64,000 bases of DNA from positions 70,168 to 134,167 of the forward strand of contig CAWKFB010000008.1 of NCBI GenBank assembly GCA_963848835.1. The letters run 5' to 3'. The notes below the pieces were generated by a model. It was not told the origin of the DNA and ran no database searches. It saw only the letters and a program-made list of their open reading frames with translations. Positions 1 to 8,884 of this stretch are shown in pieces (positions within the stretch are counted from its first letter, which is position 1; the number at the start of each line of letters is the position of its first letter). The translations under genes were made by a program, and so were the position numbers. The stretch is from Candidatus Aminicenantes bacterium (lineage in GTDB: Bacteria; Acidobacteriota; Aminicenantia; Aminicenantales; UBA4085).

Positions 1-300
1 GATGACCTCGTAATAATCCCGGATCTCTTCGAGGTTCAGCCCGTTGACGAGGATCTTCCGCCGGGGGAGGATGGTTACGAAACCCTCGGACTCGAGCTGG
101 AGCAGGGCGTCGCGGAGCGGCGTCTTGCTGACCCCGAGGCGCCGGGAGGTCTCCTCCATGTCGATCGCCGAGCCGGGGAGGAGCTCGCCGCGCCCCATCT
201 GCTCGCGGAGATAGTCGTAGACCTGCTCCTTGAGCGATTTCGTGTTCAGCAGCGGCCGGCCTTCCGCCGGATCGGCCTCTCTTCCCGGTTCGCGAGCCAT
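1..300 (-). CDS. GntR-family transcriptional regulator, N-terminal winged-helix part (gene continues beyond window start)
   Basis: Reverse-strand ORF starting at ATG (complement of 298-300). My translation is MAREPGREADPAEGRPLLNTKSLKEQVYDYLREQMGRGELLPGSAIDMEETSRRLGVSKTPLRDALLQLESEGFVTILPRRKILVNGL.., typical of the GntR/FadR HTH. It is divergent from the ABC exporter genes and absent from the ORF track because it runs off the window. Confidence 0.8.
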   Translation of the reverse strand, partial: MAREPGREADPAEGRPLLNTKSLKEQVYDYLREQMGRGELLPGSAIDMEETSRRLGVSKTPLRDALLQLESEGFVTILPRRKILVNGLNLEEIRDYYEVI

Positions 301-388
301 CCCTAATGAAATAGCGGGAAAGGCGTCCGTTGTCAATAGAACGCTAGGCCGAGTTGTGTTATCGTAGTCGGCTCCGCAGGAGTGTCCG

Positions 389-1111
389 ATGATCGAATTC
401 GAAGGCGTATCGAAAAGCTACAACCGCGGCCGGATCAAGGCCGTGGACGGGCTGACCCTGACCGTCCCCCCGGGGGAGATCTTCGGCTTCCTCGGCCCCA
501 ACGGGGCGGGCAAGACGACGACGATCAAGCTCGTCGTCGGCCTCCTGCGGCCCGACTCCGGCCGGATCCTCGTCGAAGGCATCGACGTCCAGAAGGAGCC
601 GCTCAGGACAAAGGCGCTGACGACCTACGTGCCCGACACGCCGGCCGTCTACGAGCGGCTGACCGGGCTCGAGTACCTCAACTTCATCGGCGACGTCTAC
701 GGCGTGCCCAAGGCCGACCGGCTGAGCCGGATCGAGCGCTGGCTCGACATCTTCGAGCTCAGCTCGGCCGTGGGCAGCCCGATCCAGAGCTACTCGCACG
801 GGATGAAGCAGAAGATCGTCCTGACCGCGGCCCTCCTCCCCGACCCCCGGGTCATGGTCCTCGACGAGCCGCTCGTCGGGCTCGATCCGCGCTCCGCCCA
901 CCACCTCAAGGAGCTGATGCGGTCGCACTGCGACAAGGGCGGGACGCTCTTCTTCTCCACGCACATCATGGAGGTCGCCGAGAAGCTGTGCGACCGGATC
1001 GGGATCATCGACAAGGGGCGGCTCGTCGCCTGCGGGACGATGGACGAGCTGAAGAAGCTCAACGCCGAGTCGTCGCTCGAGAAGATCTTCCTCGACCTGA
1101 CCGACAAGTAA
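389..1111 (+). CDS. ABC transporter ATP-binding protein (ABC-2 exporter type)
   Basis: 240-aa ORF with Walker A GPNGAGKTT, signature-like YSHGMKQK and Walker B VMVLDEP. The permease gene starts 4 nt downstream. Confidence 0.9.
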   Translation: MIEFEGVSKSYNRGRIKAVDGLTLTVPPGEIFGFLGPNGAGKTTTIKLVVGLLRPDSGRILVEGIDVQKEPLRTKALTTYVPDTPAVYERLTGLEYLNFIGDVYGVPKADRLSRIERWLDIFELSSAVGSPIQSYSHGMKQKIVLTAALLPDPRVMVLDEPLVGLDPRSAHHLKELMRSHCDKGGTLFFSTHIMEVAEKLCDRIGIIDKGRLVACGTMDELKKLNAESSLEKIFLDLTDK

Positions 1112-1115
1112 AAAG

Positions 1116-2793
1116 ATGAAGCCCTTCCCCGCCCTCGTTCGGACCGGCCTGCGGGCCAACTTCGGACTGCGGGCGATCGCCTACCGCTTCTTCACGGAGA
1201 AGAAGGACCGCTGGCTCCTGCCGCTTTTCGCCCTGGCCGCGGTGAGCCTCGCCCCGACCCTCTACGCCGGGATCAAGCTCCTGGCCGGGCTCTACGGGAT
1301 GCTCACCCCGATGAACCAGCAGGCCGCCATACTGACCTTCGCCCTGCTCACCGGCCAGGTCCTCATCCTCCTTTTCGGGCTGTACTACGTCATCTCGGCC
1401 TTCTATTTCTCCCGCGACCTGGAAATCCTGATCCCGCTCCCGCTCAAGCCGTTCCAGGTCATGCTCTCGAAATTCATCGTCATCTGCGTCAACGAATATG
1501 TCACCGTCTTCCTCCTCGTCGCGCCGGTCCTCATTACATGGGGGATCAAGGCCGGCCGCGGACCGGACTACTGGATCGCGGCCGTGCTCGTCTACCTCCT
1601 CCTTCCGGTCATCCCGTTGGCCGTCGTGTCGCTCCTCGTCGTCGCCCTGATGCGCCTCGTCAACGTCTCGAGGAAGAAGGACGCCCTCATCCTCATCGGC
1701 AGCCTCATCCTGATCGCCGGCTCGATTGCCCTGCAGTCCGTCGTCGGACGGGCCAATGAGAGCGGCTTGAGCGCCCAGTCCGCCGTAGCGTTCTTCTCCG
1801 CGCCCGACAGCCTCCTCAACCGCGTCGGCGCCTTCTTCCCGCCCAGCATCTGGGCGACGAAGGCGCTCGCCGGCGGCCCGGGGGCGACGGGAATCGCGCA
1901 TCTCGCCCTTTTCGCCGGCGTTTCGCTCGCTCTCTTCCTGGCTCTGATCGTCCTGTCCGAAAAGCTCTTTTACCGGGGCCTGGTCGGGATCGGGGAGACG
2001 AGCGCCCGCCGCCGGACGCTCTCGCCGGCGGAGATGTCCCGCCGCGTCTCCTCCGGCCGGAGGCCGTTCCGGGCCCTCCTGGCGCGGGAATGGCGGATCA
2101 TGAACCGGACGCCGATCTTCCTTCTCAACGGGGTGCTCGTCGTCGTCATCATCCCCGTCGTCATGATCCTCATGGTCAAGACCGGCGGCGATACCGAGGT
2201 CTTCCTGGTCAAGTTCCTGGGCGCGGCCAACCCGGCCGTCGTCGTCCTCGGCGCGGCCGCCTTCCTGACCGTGAGCGGAAGCCTGAACGGCACGGCGTCC
2301 TCGACCTTCTCCCGCGAAGGCGGCCAGTTCTGGATGTCCAAGGTCATCCCCGTCGCGCCCCGCGACCTCGTCGCGGCGAAGCTCGTCCACTCCTACGCCA
2401 TCTCCGTCCTGGGGGTGGCCGTCTCGACCGTCGGCCCTGGTCGCGATCTTCCATCTTTCGGCCGGGCAGCTCGCGCCCGCCGTCGGCCTGGCCCTCCTCG
2501 CCGGGATGCTCCTCACGATCATCGGCATGCTGATCGACCTGGCCCGGCCGCTCCTCGACTGGACCAATCCCCAGAAGGCGATCAAGCAGAACCTGAACGT
2601 CCTCTTCTCGATGCTGGCCGGGGTGGGCTTCCTGACCGGGACGGGCTGGCTTGCGGCGGCCCTGCTCAAGCGCGGCGTCCCGGGAACGACCCTTCTCGCC
2701 CTTCTGGCCGCCCTCTTCGCCGTCCTCTCCGCGGCCGGAACCGCTCTTCTTTTCCGCTTCGCCCGGAAGCGCTACGCCGAGATCGAAGTTTAG
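1116..2793 (+). CDS. ABC exporter permease (multi-TM), reading frame interrupted by a 1-nt insertion near 2434-2436
   Basis: The frame of ORF 1116..2819 is hydrophobic and TM-rich up to ..HSYAISVLGVAVSTVG, then becomes Arg/Pro-rich nonsense. The membrane-like sequence continues in the frame of ORF 2506..2793 (..LVAIFHLSAGQLAPAVGLALLAGMLLTIIGMLIDLARPLLDW..RKRYAEIEV). Removing one C from ggCCCtgg restores a single ORF. Confidence 0.75.
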
Positions 2794-2827
2794 GGGGACG
2801 ACGCACTCGAAGCACTTAATCGATCGC

Positions 2828-3478
2828 TTAGAACAACCTTTTAAGGATCGAGAAAGCGGCGTCGATCGCCTTGTCTTCAAGGACGACGGTGAACTCGTTG
2901 AGGGTCGAGACGACCTCGACGACGTTCAATCCCTCCCAAGCCAGCGCCTTTAAAATGAAGCTGTAGACGCCCGGGATGAGAGCCGTCCCGGGCGGGAGCA
3001 TGACCGTCACCGAGGCGAGGTGCCCGATCTGGGAGATGAGCCGCTCCCCGCGGCAGACGGCCAGGATCCGCTCGCGGAGCTCGCGGCTGGCGACGATCGT
3101 GGTCTCGTTGATCCCGCGCGTGATCGTCAGGAAGCTCTGCGGATGGGGGCCCGGCCGGGCGAAGAGCTCGCGCTGCTTGCGGATGAGGTCCGGGGAGTTC
3201 GCGTAGGTCGCCTCGAAGAGGTTCAGCCGGACGATGAGATCGGGCGGCCGGCGGAAGGCGCTCCGCGACACCCGGCCGCGGCGCGACACGGACCGGGCGA
3301 GCCGGCCGACGGCGACGATGATCGCGCCGGGCTGGACGCGCTTCTGGGCCTCCCGCTGGACCTGAGGGCGGATCATTCGGGCCAGGCCCGAATGGTTGAC
3401 GATGCCCGCGGCGAGGGCCTCTTCGAGGTAGGGCGAGCCTCGGACGATGCCGGCGACGATCTGGGGAACGGTTTCCAT
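2828..3478 (-). CDS. ACT-domain-containing protein (possible amino-acid-sensing regulator)
   Basis: ORF 2828..3514. The preferred start is METVPQIV.. at 3478. The C-terminal ..HLASVTVMLPPGTALIPGVYSFILKALAWEGLNVVEVVSTLNEFTVVLEDKAIDAAFSILKRLF resembles an ACT fold. The gene is divergent from lysW. Confidence 0.55.
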   Translation of the reverse strand: METVPQIVAGIVRGSPYLEEALAAGIVNHSGLARMIRPQVQREAQKRVQPGAIIVAVGRLARSVSRRGRVSRSAFRRPPDLIVRLNLFEATYANSPDLIRKQRELFARPGPHPQSFLTITRGINETTIVASRELRERILAVCRGERLISQIGHLASVTVMLPPGTALIPGVYSFILKALAWEGLNVVEVVSTLNEFTVVLEDKAIDAAFSILKRLF

Positions 3479-3528
3479 GTTCAATTTATAACATATCGTG
3501 TTGTGTTTTGTCATTCTTTTTCAAAAAA

Positions 3529-3558
3529 TTGACTCGGCCCCCCGGTCCCGCCGACAAT
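3529..3558 (+). promoter_or_regulatory. Candidate sigma70-type promoter for the lysW operon (TTGACT-18 nt-GACAAT)
   Basis: TTGACT at 3529-3534 is preceded by an A/T-rich tract, and GACAAT lies at 3553-3558, about 55 nt upstream of the lysW ATG. This is a pattern match only. Confidence 0.3.
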
Positions 3559-3613
3559 CCCGCCGACCGGAGCGCCCCGCGCGGGCGCCCGGCGGTTCGG
3601 AAGGAGAAACGCC

Positions 3614-3814
3614 ATGTCGATGGAACGGATCGAAATCGAAGCCCGCGGGTTCTGCCCCGTCTGCTCGGCCCTCGTGACCCCGTCCCGCAACCCGGAGCGG
3701 AGCGAGATCCTGCCCTGCCCCGAATGCCAGTCCATGCTCGTCGTCGAAGGCCATGACGGATCCCGCCTCCTCTTCGCCGAGGCCCCGCGGATCGAGGAAG
3801 ACTGGGGCGAGTGA
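3614..3814 (+). CDS. lysW: Amino-group carrier protein LysW (alpha-aminoadipate/glutamate carrier)
   Basis: 66 aa with a zinc ribbon CPVC..(17)..CPEC and the hallmark acidic C-terminus ..EEDWGE. An AAGGAG RBS lies 7 nt upstream of the ATG. Confidence 0.9.
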   Translation: MSMERIEIEARGFCPVCSALVTPSRNPERSEILPCPECQSMLVVEGHDGSRLLFAEAPRIEEDWGE

Positions 3815-3839
3815 CCGCCGTCTGCTGAACTCCTCTCCC

Positions 3840-4694
3840 ATGACGCGGCTGGCCCTCTTCCACTCGACGATCCGGACCGAGGAGAAGCTCCTCCTCGACG
3901 CGGCCCGGGCGCGCGGCGTCGCCGTCTCGGCCGTCGACATCCGGGAATGCGTCCTGGACCCGGCCGCCTTCCGCGTCGACTTCGACGTCGCCCTGGAGCG
4001 GTCGGTCTCGACCGTCAAGGGGGACTACGCCGTCGCCTTTCTCGAATCGCTGGGGGTGCCCGTCGTCAACCCGCTCCGCGTCGCCCGGGCCTGCGAGGAC
4101 AAGTTCCAGACCTCCCTCCTCCTCGGCCGGGCCGGCGTCGCCGTCCCCCGCTTCGCCATGGTCTTCGACGCGGCGCGGGCCCTTCAGGTCGTCGAGTCGT
4201 TCGGCGGCTTCCCCGTCGTGCTGAAGCCGCCGCTGGGGTCGTGGGGGCGGATGCTGGCCAAGGTCAACGACCGCGACGCCTTGGAAGCGATCCTCGAGCA
4301 CAAGGACGTCCTGGGGACGCCTCCACAGAAGGCCTATTACCTCCAGGAGTTCATCCGCAAGCCCGGCGGACGGGATATCCGCGCCTTCTGCGTGGACGGC
4401 GAAACGATCGCCGCGATCAGCCGGACATCGGCGCACTGGATCACCAACACCGCCCGCGGCGGGACCGCGGCCGCTTACGCGGTGACCCCGGAGCTCGCCG
4501 CGGTGTGCCGGAAATCTTCGGACGCGGTCGGGGGCGGCCTCCTCGCCGTCGACCTCTTCGAGTCCGAGCGCGGGCTCCTCGTCAACGAAGTGAACCACAC
4601 CATGGAGTTCCGGAACTCCGAGGCGCCGACCGGCGTCAGCATCTCCGGAGCGATCATCGACCACTGCCTCCGCGTCGCCAAGGACGGTTTATAA
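3840..4694 (+). CDS. lysX: RimK-type ATP-grasp ligase LysX/ArgX (attaches substrate to the LysW C-terminal Glu)
   Basis: MTRLALFHSTIRTEEKLLLDAARARGVAVSAVDIRE..VLKPPLGSWGRMLAKVND..YLQEFIRKPGGRDIRAFCVDGETIAAISR..AVDLFESERGLLVNEVNHTMEFRN is a typical LysX/RimK ATP-grasp sequence. It lies immediately after lysW. The ORF-track N-terminal extension (3753) overlaps lysW and is not used. Confidence 0.88.
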   Translation: MTRLALFHSTIRTEEKLLLDAARARGVAVSAVDIRECVLDPAAFRVDFDVALERSVSTVKGDYAVAFLESLGVPVVNPLRVARACEDKFQTSLLLGRAGVAVPRFAMVFDAARALQVVESFGGFPVVLKPPLGSWGRMLAKVNDRDALEAILEHKDVLGTPPQKAYYLQEFIRKPGGRDIRAFCVDGETIAAISRTSAHWITNTARGGTAAAYAVTPELAAVCRKSSDAVGGGLLAVDLFESERGLLVNEVNHTMEFRNSEAPTGVSISGAIIDHCLRVAKDGL

Positions 4695-4825
4695 TGAGCG
4701 TGGGGCAAAATCCGAGAAACTCTCCGGCGGAGGGATTGCCCCAAAGCGAACATGGGAGGGAGGACCCGCGTTTCGCGGGGGGAACCCGCTCGGGTTCCCC
4801 TGTGAGCGTGGGGCAATCCCGGAGC
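4695..4825 (+). repeat. Family A structured repeat, copy A1 (131 bp), inserted between the lysX stop and the lysY core
   Basis: About 90% identical by eye to 9781-9911. It contains hairpins ggggcaaaatcc..ggattgcccc, cccgcg-ttt-cgcggg and ggaaccc-gctc-gggttcc. Direct repeats gagcgtggggcaa(a)atcc occur at both ends. Confidence 0.85.
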
Positions 4826-5869
4826 CTGCGTGTTTCGATCGTCGGCGGATCGGGATACGCCGGCGGCGAGCTCCTACGCCTTCTCCTCCCCCACCCCGGA
4901 GTGGAGATCGCCCAGGTTACGAGCGACCGCTTCGCCGGCCGCCCGTTAACGCTCCTCCATCCCAACCTGCGCGGCCTGACGACGCAGACGTTCGTCCGGC
5001 GGGACGCCCTCGAGGCCTGCGACGTCCTCTTCCTCGCCCTGCCGAATGGCGAGTCGATGAAAGCCATGGATTTCTGGGCGGCCAAGGCCGAGAAGATCAT
5101 CGACCTCGGGGCCGACTTCAGGCTGGCCTCCGCCGGCGATTGGGAATCCTGGTACGGGACCCCCCACGCCGCCCCGGACTGGATCGGGCGGTTCACGCCC
5201 GGCATCCCCGAGCTCTACGCCGACCGGATCCGGGAAGCGCGCTATGTCGCCGGGCCCGGATGCGAGGCGATCGTCTCGATCCTCTGCCTCTACCCCCTGG
5301 TCAAAGCCGATCTCATCAAGCCCGAGCCCGTGATCGTCGACGCCAAGATGGGAAGCTCGCAGACCGGCCACGCCCCGTCCGACTCGTCCCACCATCCCGA
5401 GCGGTCGGGCGTCGTCCGCTCCTACAAGCCGACCGGCCACCGCCACGCGGCGGAGATCGAGCGAGCGCTCCGGGAAGCGGGCGGTACGGCGACCGTCCTC
5501 ATCTCGGCCACGGCCGTCGAGATCGTCCGGGGGATCCTTGTGACCATCCACGCCTTCCTCAAGGACCCGGCGGCGGGCGAGCGCGAAGTCTGGCAGGCCT
5601 ACCGCTCGGCCTACGCCGCCCAGCCTTTCGTCCGGATCGTCAAGCAGACGCAGGGCCTCTATCGCTATCCCGAGCCCAAGATCCTCGCTGGCACAAATTT
5701 CTGCGAGATCGGGTTCGAAAAGGATGCCCGCTCGGACCGCCTGGTGGTCCTCGGCGCCATCGACAATCTCGTCAAGGGAACGGCCGGCAACGCGGTCCAG
5801 TGCCTGAACCTCATGGCCGGCTTCCCGGAGACCCAGGGCCTCGAGTTCCCCGGCCTCCACCCGGTGTAA
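4802..5869 (+). CDS. lysY: [LysW]-aminoadipate/glutamate-phosphate reductase LysY/ArgC
   Basis: ..LRVSIVGGSGYAGGELLRLLLPHPGVEI..GPGCEAIVSIL..NLVKGTAGNAVQCLNLMAGFPETQGL is ArgC/LysY-like. The start is uncertain: GTG 4802 or 4808 lie inside repeat A1. An in-frame ATG at 4694 overlaps the lysX stop (TAATG) and would add about 36-38 repeat-encoded residues relative to the GTG starts. Confidence 0.85.
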   Translation: MSVGQSRSLRVSIVGGSGYAGGELLRLLLPHPGVEIAQVTSDRFAGRPLTLLHPNLRGLTTQTFVRRDALEACDVLFLALPNGESMKAMDFWAAKAEKIIDLGADFRLASAGDWESWYGTPHAAPDWIGRFTPGIPELYADRIREARYVAGPGCEAIVSILCLYPLVKADLIKPEPVIVDAKMGSSQTGHAPSDSSHHPERSGVVRSYKPTGHRHAAEIERALREAGGTATVLISATAVEIVRGILVTIHAFLKDPAAGEREVWQAYRSAYAAQPFVRIVKQTQGLYRYPEPKILAGTNFCEIGFEKDARSDRLVVLGAIDNLVKGTAGNAVQCLNLMAGFPETQGLEFPGLHPV

Positions 5870-5871
5870 AC

Positions 5872-6924
5872 ATGACAGAAACCTCCCCTCTTCCCGCTTT
5901 CAAGGGCATCATCGACTCGACTCTCCGCGAAGGCCTCCAGTTCTCCCGGGCGGACTTCAGCCTGGCCCAGATGAAGGATATCTTCGCCTCGCTCGCCCGG
6001 ATCGGGGTCGATTTCGTCGAGGTCGGCAATCCCGCCCAGCCCGCCGTGAAGGAGATGATCTCGGCCCTCGTCCGGGCGCGCCGTCCGGCCGGACCGCGGA
6101 TCCTCAGCCACATCCGCAACCATCCGGACGATGTGGCCCGGGCGGCCGAGGCCGGCGTCCACGGGGTGAACATCCTCTGCACCGTGGACGCGGAGCGGCT
6201 GGCGGCCATGGGACAGACGCCGGATTCGTACACCGCCCGGCTGCGGGAGAACATCCGGACGGCCAAGGGCAGGGGGCTCATCGTCCGGGTCGGGGTCGAG
6301 GACTTCTTCGGCCAGGCGCCGCCGGGGCGCCTCGACCTCCACGCCGCGGCGGTCGAGGAGGGCGTCGACCGGATCGCCGTCGCCGACACGCTCGGCAAGA
6401 CCATGGAATGGGAGGTCTTCCGCCGCGTCCGGGCCCTTCGGCGTCGATTCCCCGACACGGACATCGAGGCCCATTTCCACAACGACCTCGGCCACGCCGT
6501 GAGCAACGCCATCGTCGCCCTCCAGGCCGGGGCGAACTGGATCAGCACCTCGCTCCTCGGGATCGGCGAACGGACGGGCATCACCCCACTCAGCTCGCTC
6601 CTGGCCAACGTTCTCATCCTGGACGAGGCCGCGGCCGCCCGCTACAAGCTCCGCTGGCTCACCCCGGCCGAGAGCGCAGTGGCCAAGCTCTGCGGCATGG
6701 ACATGCCGCCCCATCTCGTGACCAATCCCGCCAACGGGTTCGCCCATAAGGCGGGCATCCATCTCGACGCCCTGATCAAGTTCGGGCCGGGCAAATACGA
6801 GTGCCTCTCGCCCGAAGCCTTCGGGAATAAGCGGCGGATGATCATCGACACGCCGATCTCCGGCAAGACGACGTCGGCCGACGTCCGGACGTTCGAAAAG
6901 AGGTTCGGAGGCGGCCCGGCATGA
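5872..6924 (+). CDS. Homocitrate synthase-like DRE-TIM metallolyase (HMGL-like domain)
   Basis: MTETSPLPAFKGIIDSTLREGLQF..HFHNDLGHAVSNAI..LLGIGERTGITPL..RYKL..FAHKAGIHLDA resembles Thermus-type homocitrate synthase as I recall it. The stop overlaps the lysZ start (ATGA). Confidence 0.7.
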   Translation: MTETSPLPAFKGIIDSTLREGLQFSRADFSLAQMKDIFASLARIGVDFVEVGNPAQPAVKEMISALVRARRPAGPRILSHIRNHPDDVARAAEAGVHGVNILCTVDAERLAAMGQTPDSYTARLRENIRTAKGRGLIVRVGVEDFFGQAPPGRLDLHAAAVEEGVDRIAVADTLGKTMEWEVFRRVRALRRRFPDTDIEAHFHNDLGHAVSNAIVALQAGANWISTSLLGIGERTGITPLSSLLANVLILDEAAAARYKLRWLTPAESAVAKLCGMDMPPHLVTNPANGFAHKAGIHLDALIKFGPGKYECLSPEAFGNKRRMIIDTPISGKTTSADVRTFEKRFGGGPA

Positions 6925-7721
6925 TCCTGATCAAGGCCGGCGGCGGCGCCGGGCTGAACTGGGACGGGATCGCCGCGGACATCGCCGAGTTGCGCGAGGA
7001 GCGGCCGGTCATCCTCGTCCACGGGGCGAACGCGATCCGGGCCGAGCTCGCCGCGCGCCTTGGTGTTCCCGTCCGGACGGTCGTCTCGCCGTCGGGGGTC
7101 TCGAGCGTCTACACCGACCGCGAAGCGCTCGATGTCTTCCTGATGGCCTACGCCGGCCTGGCCAACAAGCGGATCGTCGCCCGCCTCATCGCCCGAGGCG
7201 TCTCCGCGATCGGCTTGACGGGCGTGGACGGCCGGCTCTGGGAGGCGGCGCCGAAAAAGGACCTCTATGTAGTCGAGGCCGGGAAAACCAAGCTCTACCG
7301 CGACAACCTTACCGGCCGCGTCGAGAAGGTCAACGTCTGCCTCCTCCGGACGTTGTTGCGGAACGGCTATCTCCCCGTCCTGTGCGCGCCGGCCGTGACC
7401 GCGGACGGCGAGATCGTCAACACCGACAACGACACAGCCTCCGTCGTCCTGGCCGCGGCCATGAAGATTAAAACCGTGATCTTTCTCATCGAAGCGCCGG
7501 GCCTTCTGCACGACTTCGAGAAGCCCGAGACCCTCATCCCCCGGGTGGCCCGGGAGGAGATCGGAACTTACCTGCCCTGCGCCAAAGGCCGGATGAAGAA
7601 GAAGCTCATGGCCGCGAAAAAGGCGCTCGAAAGCGGCGTCCGCGAGATCATCTTCGCCGACGGCCGGACCGAGCATCCCATCCAGGACGCCCTGGCCGGC
7701 GGAGGGACGGTCTTTTCATGA
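6921..7721 (+). CDS. lysZ: [LysW]-aminoadipate/glutamate kinase LysZ/ArgB (amino acid kinase family)
   Basis: MILIKAGGGAGLN..VILVHGANAI..NTDNDTASVVLAAAMKIKTVIFLIEAPGLL is amino-acid-kinase-like. ATGA overlaps occur at both ends of the gene. Confidence 0.85.
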   Translation: MILIKAGGGAGLNWDGIAADIAELREERPVILVHGANAIRAELAARLGVPVRTVVSPSGVSSVYTDREALDVFLMAYAGLANKRIVARLIARGVSAIGLTGVDGRLWEAAPKKDLYVVEAGKTKLYRDNLTGRVEKVNVCLLRTLLRNGYLPVLCAPAVTADGEIVNTDNDTASVVLAAAMKIKTVIFLIEAPGLLHDFEKPETLIPRVAREEIGTYLPCAKGRMKKKLMAAKKALESGVREIIFADGRTEHPIQDALAGGGTVFS

Positions 7722-8884
7722 GCCTGCTGGCCGCTTATCCCGACCGCGGGCTCGTCTTCGTCGCGGGCGAAGGGGTCGAATTGATCGACTCCAAAGGCGA
7801 CCGCTATCTCGACCTCATGTCGAACTATGGAGTCTCGATCTTCGGCCACGGCCATCCCGCCCTCAAAGAGGCCCTCGCCCGGCAGCTCGACCGGATCGTC
7901 AGCCTCCACGGGAGCTTCTCCCATCCCGCCCGCTCGGGCGCCGCCGACGCCCTGATCGCGCGTTGCGGAGGCGGGCTGGCCCGCGTGTCCTTCTCATCGT
8001 CGGGCACGGAGGCCAACGAAGCCGCCCTGAAGTACGCCGCCCTGGCCACGGGCCGGAAGAGGTTCATCGCCTGCCGGGGAGGCTATCACGGCAAGACGCT
8101 CGGCGCGCTCTCGGCCACGGACGGAGCCAAATACCGCGCGGCCTTCGAGCCCCTTCTCTGGGAATTCGCCTTCGTCCCATACGACGACGCGGCCGCCCTC
8201 GAGGCCGCGATCGACGACCGGACGGCCGCCTTTATCGTCGAGCCCATCCAGGGCGAGAGCGGCGTCCGCCCGCCCCGGCCGGGTTACCTCGCCGAGGCTT
8301 TCCGGATCTGCCATGACCGGGGCGTCCTCGTCATCCTGGACGAGATCCAGACCGGCACGGGACGCACGGGACGGTTCCTCGCTTCTCAGTCCGAGCCGCT
8401 CCGCTACGACATCGTCACGCTGGGAAAAGGGCTGGCCGGAGGGCTTCCGGTCGGAGCGACCCTGGTCAGCGAAGCCGTCGCCCGGGCCGTGCCGCGCGGA
8501 GCGCATACTTCGACCTTCGGCGGAAATCCCTTGACCGCGGCGGGGATTCAGGCCACGCTCGGGCTTCTCGATTCCGATGCTCTCGCCGCCATATCCGACC
8601 TCGGCCGTGCGGCGATCGAGGGCCTGCGCTCGCTCGCATCGCCGCTCGTCCGCGACGTCCGCGGGGCCGGATTGATGATCGGGCTTCAGGTCGCCCATTC
8701 CCGCGACGGCGTCCTCAAAGCCCTCCAGCGCGAACGGATTCTGGCCATCCCGGCGGGCGAAGACGTCGTCCGCTTCCTTCCCCCCTACATCATCGGACCG
8801 GAGCATATCGAGCGTCTGGTCGAAACCCTGCGCAAGATCCTCCTCCTGCCCGCCTTCGCCGCCCAGCCATGTGCCGCTTCCTGA
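7718..8884 (+). CDS. lysJ: Class III PLP aminotransferase LysJ/ArgD
   Basis: ..FSSSGTEANEAALKYA..ILDEIQTGTGRTGRF..DIVTLGKGLAGGLPVGA..HTSTFGGNPL is the acetylornithine/LysW-semialdehyde aminotransferase pattern. Confidence 0.88.
   Translation: MSLLAAYPDRGLVFVAGEGVELIDSKGDRYLDLMSNYGVSIFGHGHPALKEALARQLDRIVSLHGSFSHPARSGAADALIARCGGGLARVSFSSSGTEANEAALKYAALATGRKRFIACRGGYHGKTLGALSATDGAKYRAAFEPLLWEFAFVPYDDAAALEAAIDDRTAAFIVEPIQGESGVRPPRPGYLAEAFRICHDRGVLVILDEIQTGTGRTGRFLASQSEPLRYDIVTLGKGLAGGLPVGATLVSEAVARAVPRGAHTSTFGGNPLTAAGIQATLGLLDSDALAAISDLGRAAIEGLRSLASPLVRDVRGAGLMIGLQVAHSRDGVLKALQRERILAIPAGEDVVRFLPPYIIGPEHIERLVETLRKILLLPAFAAQPCAAS

Noticed and set aside
1059-2669. Long antisense or alternative-frame ORFs throughout the window, for example 1059..2669(-), 3486..4664(-), 11905..13647(-), 17107..18708(-), 19009..21432(-), 39667..41037(-), 45335..47086(-), 52519..54261(+).
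   Set aside because: Their translations are Arg/Gly/Pro/Asp/Glu-rich low-complexity strings with no motifs. Each is fully overlapped by a frame with strong, recognisable protein similarity. This is the usual open-frame artefact of high-GC DNA.
3479-3613. Lysine (L-box) riboswitch upstream of lysW.
   Set aside because: The spacer is only 135 nt, lacks the conserved L-box core elements I know, and contains only one short GC hairpin without a terminator tract.
3947-4801. N-terminal extension of the lysY ORF (ORF 3947..5869, 640 aa).
   Set aside because: The extension overlaps lysX in another frame and is an Arg/Pro-rich nonsense translation. LysY similarity begins only at about 4826.
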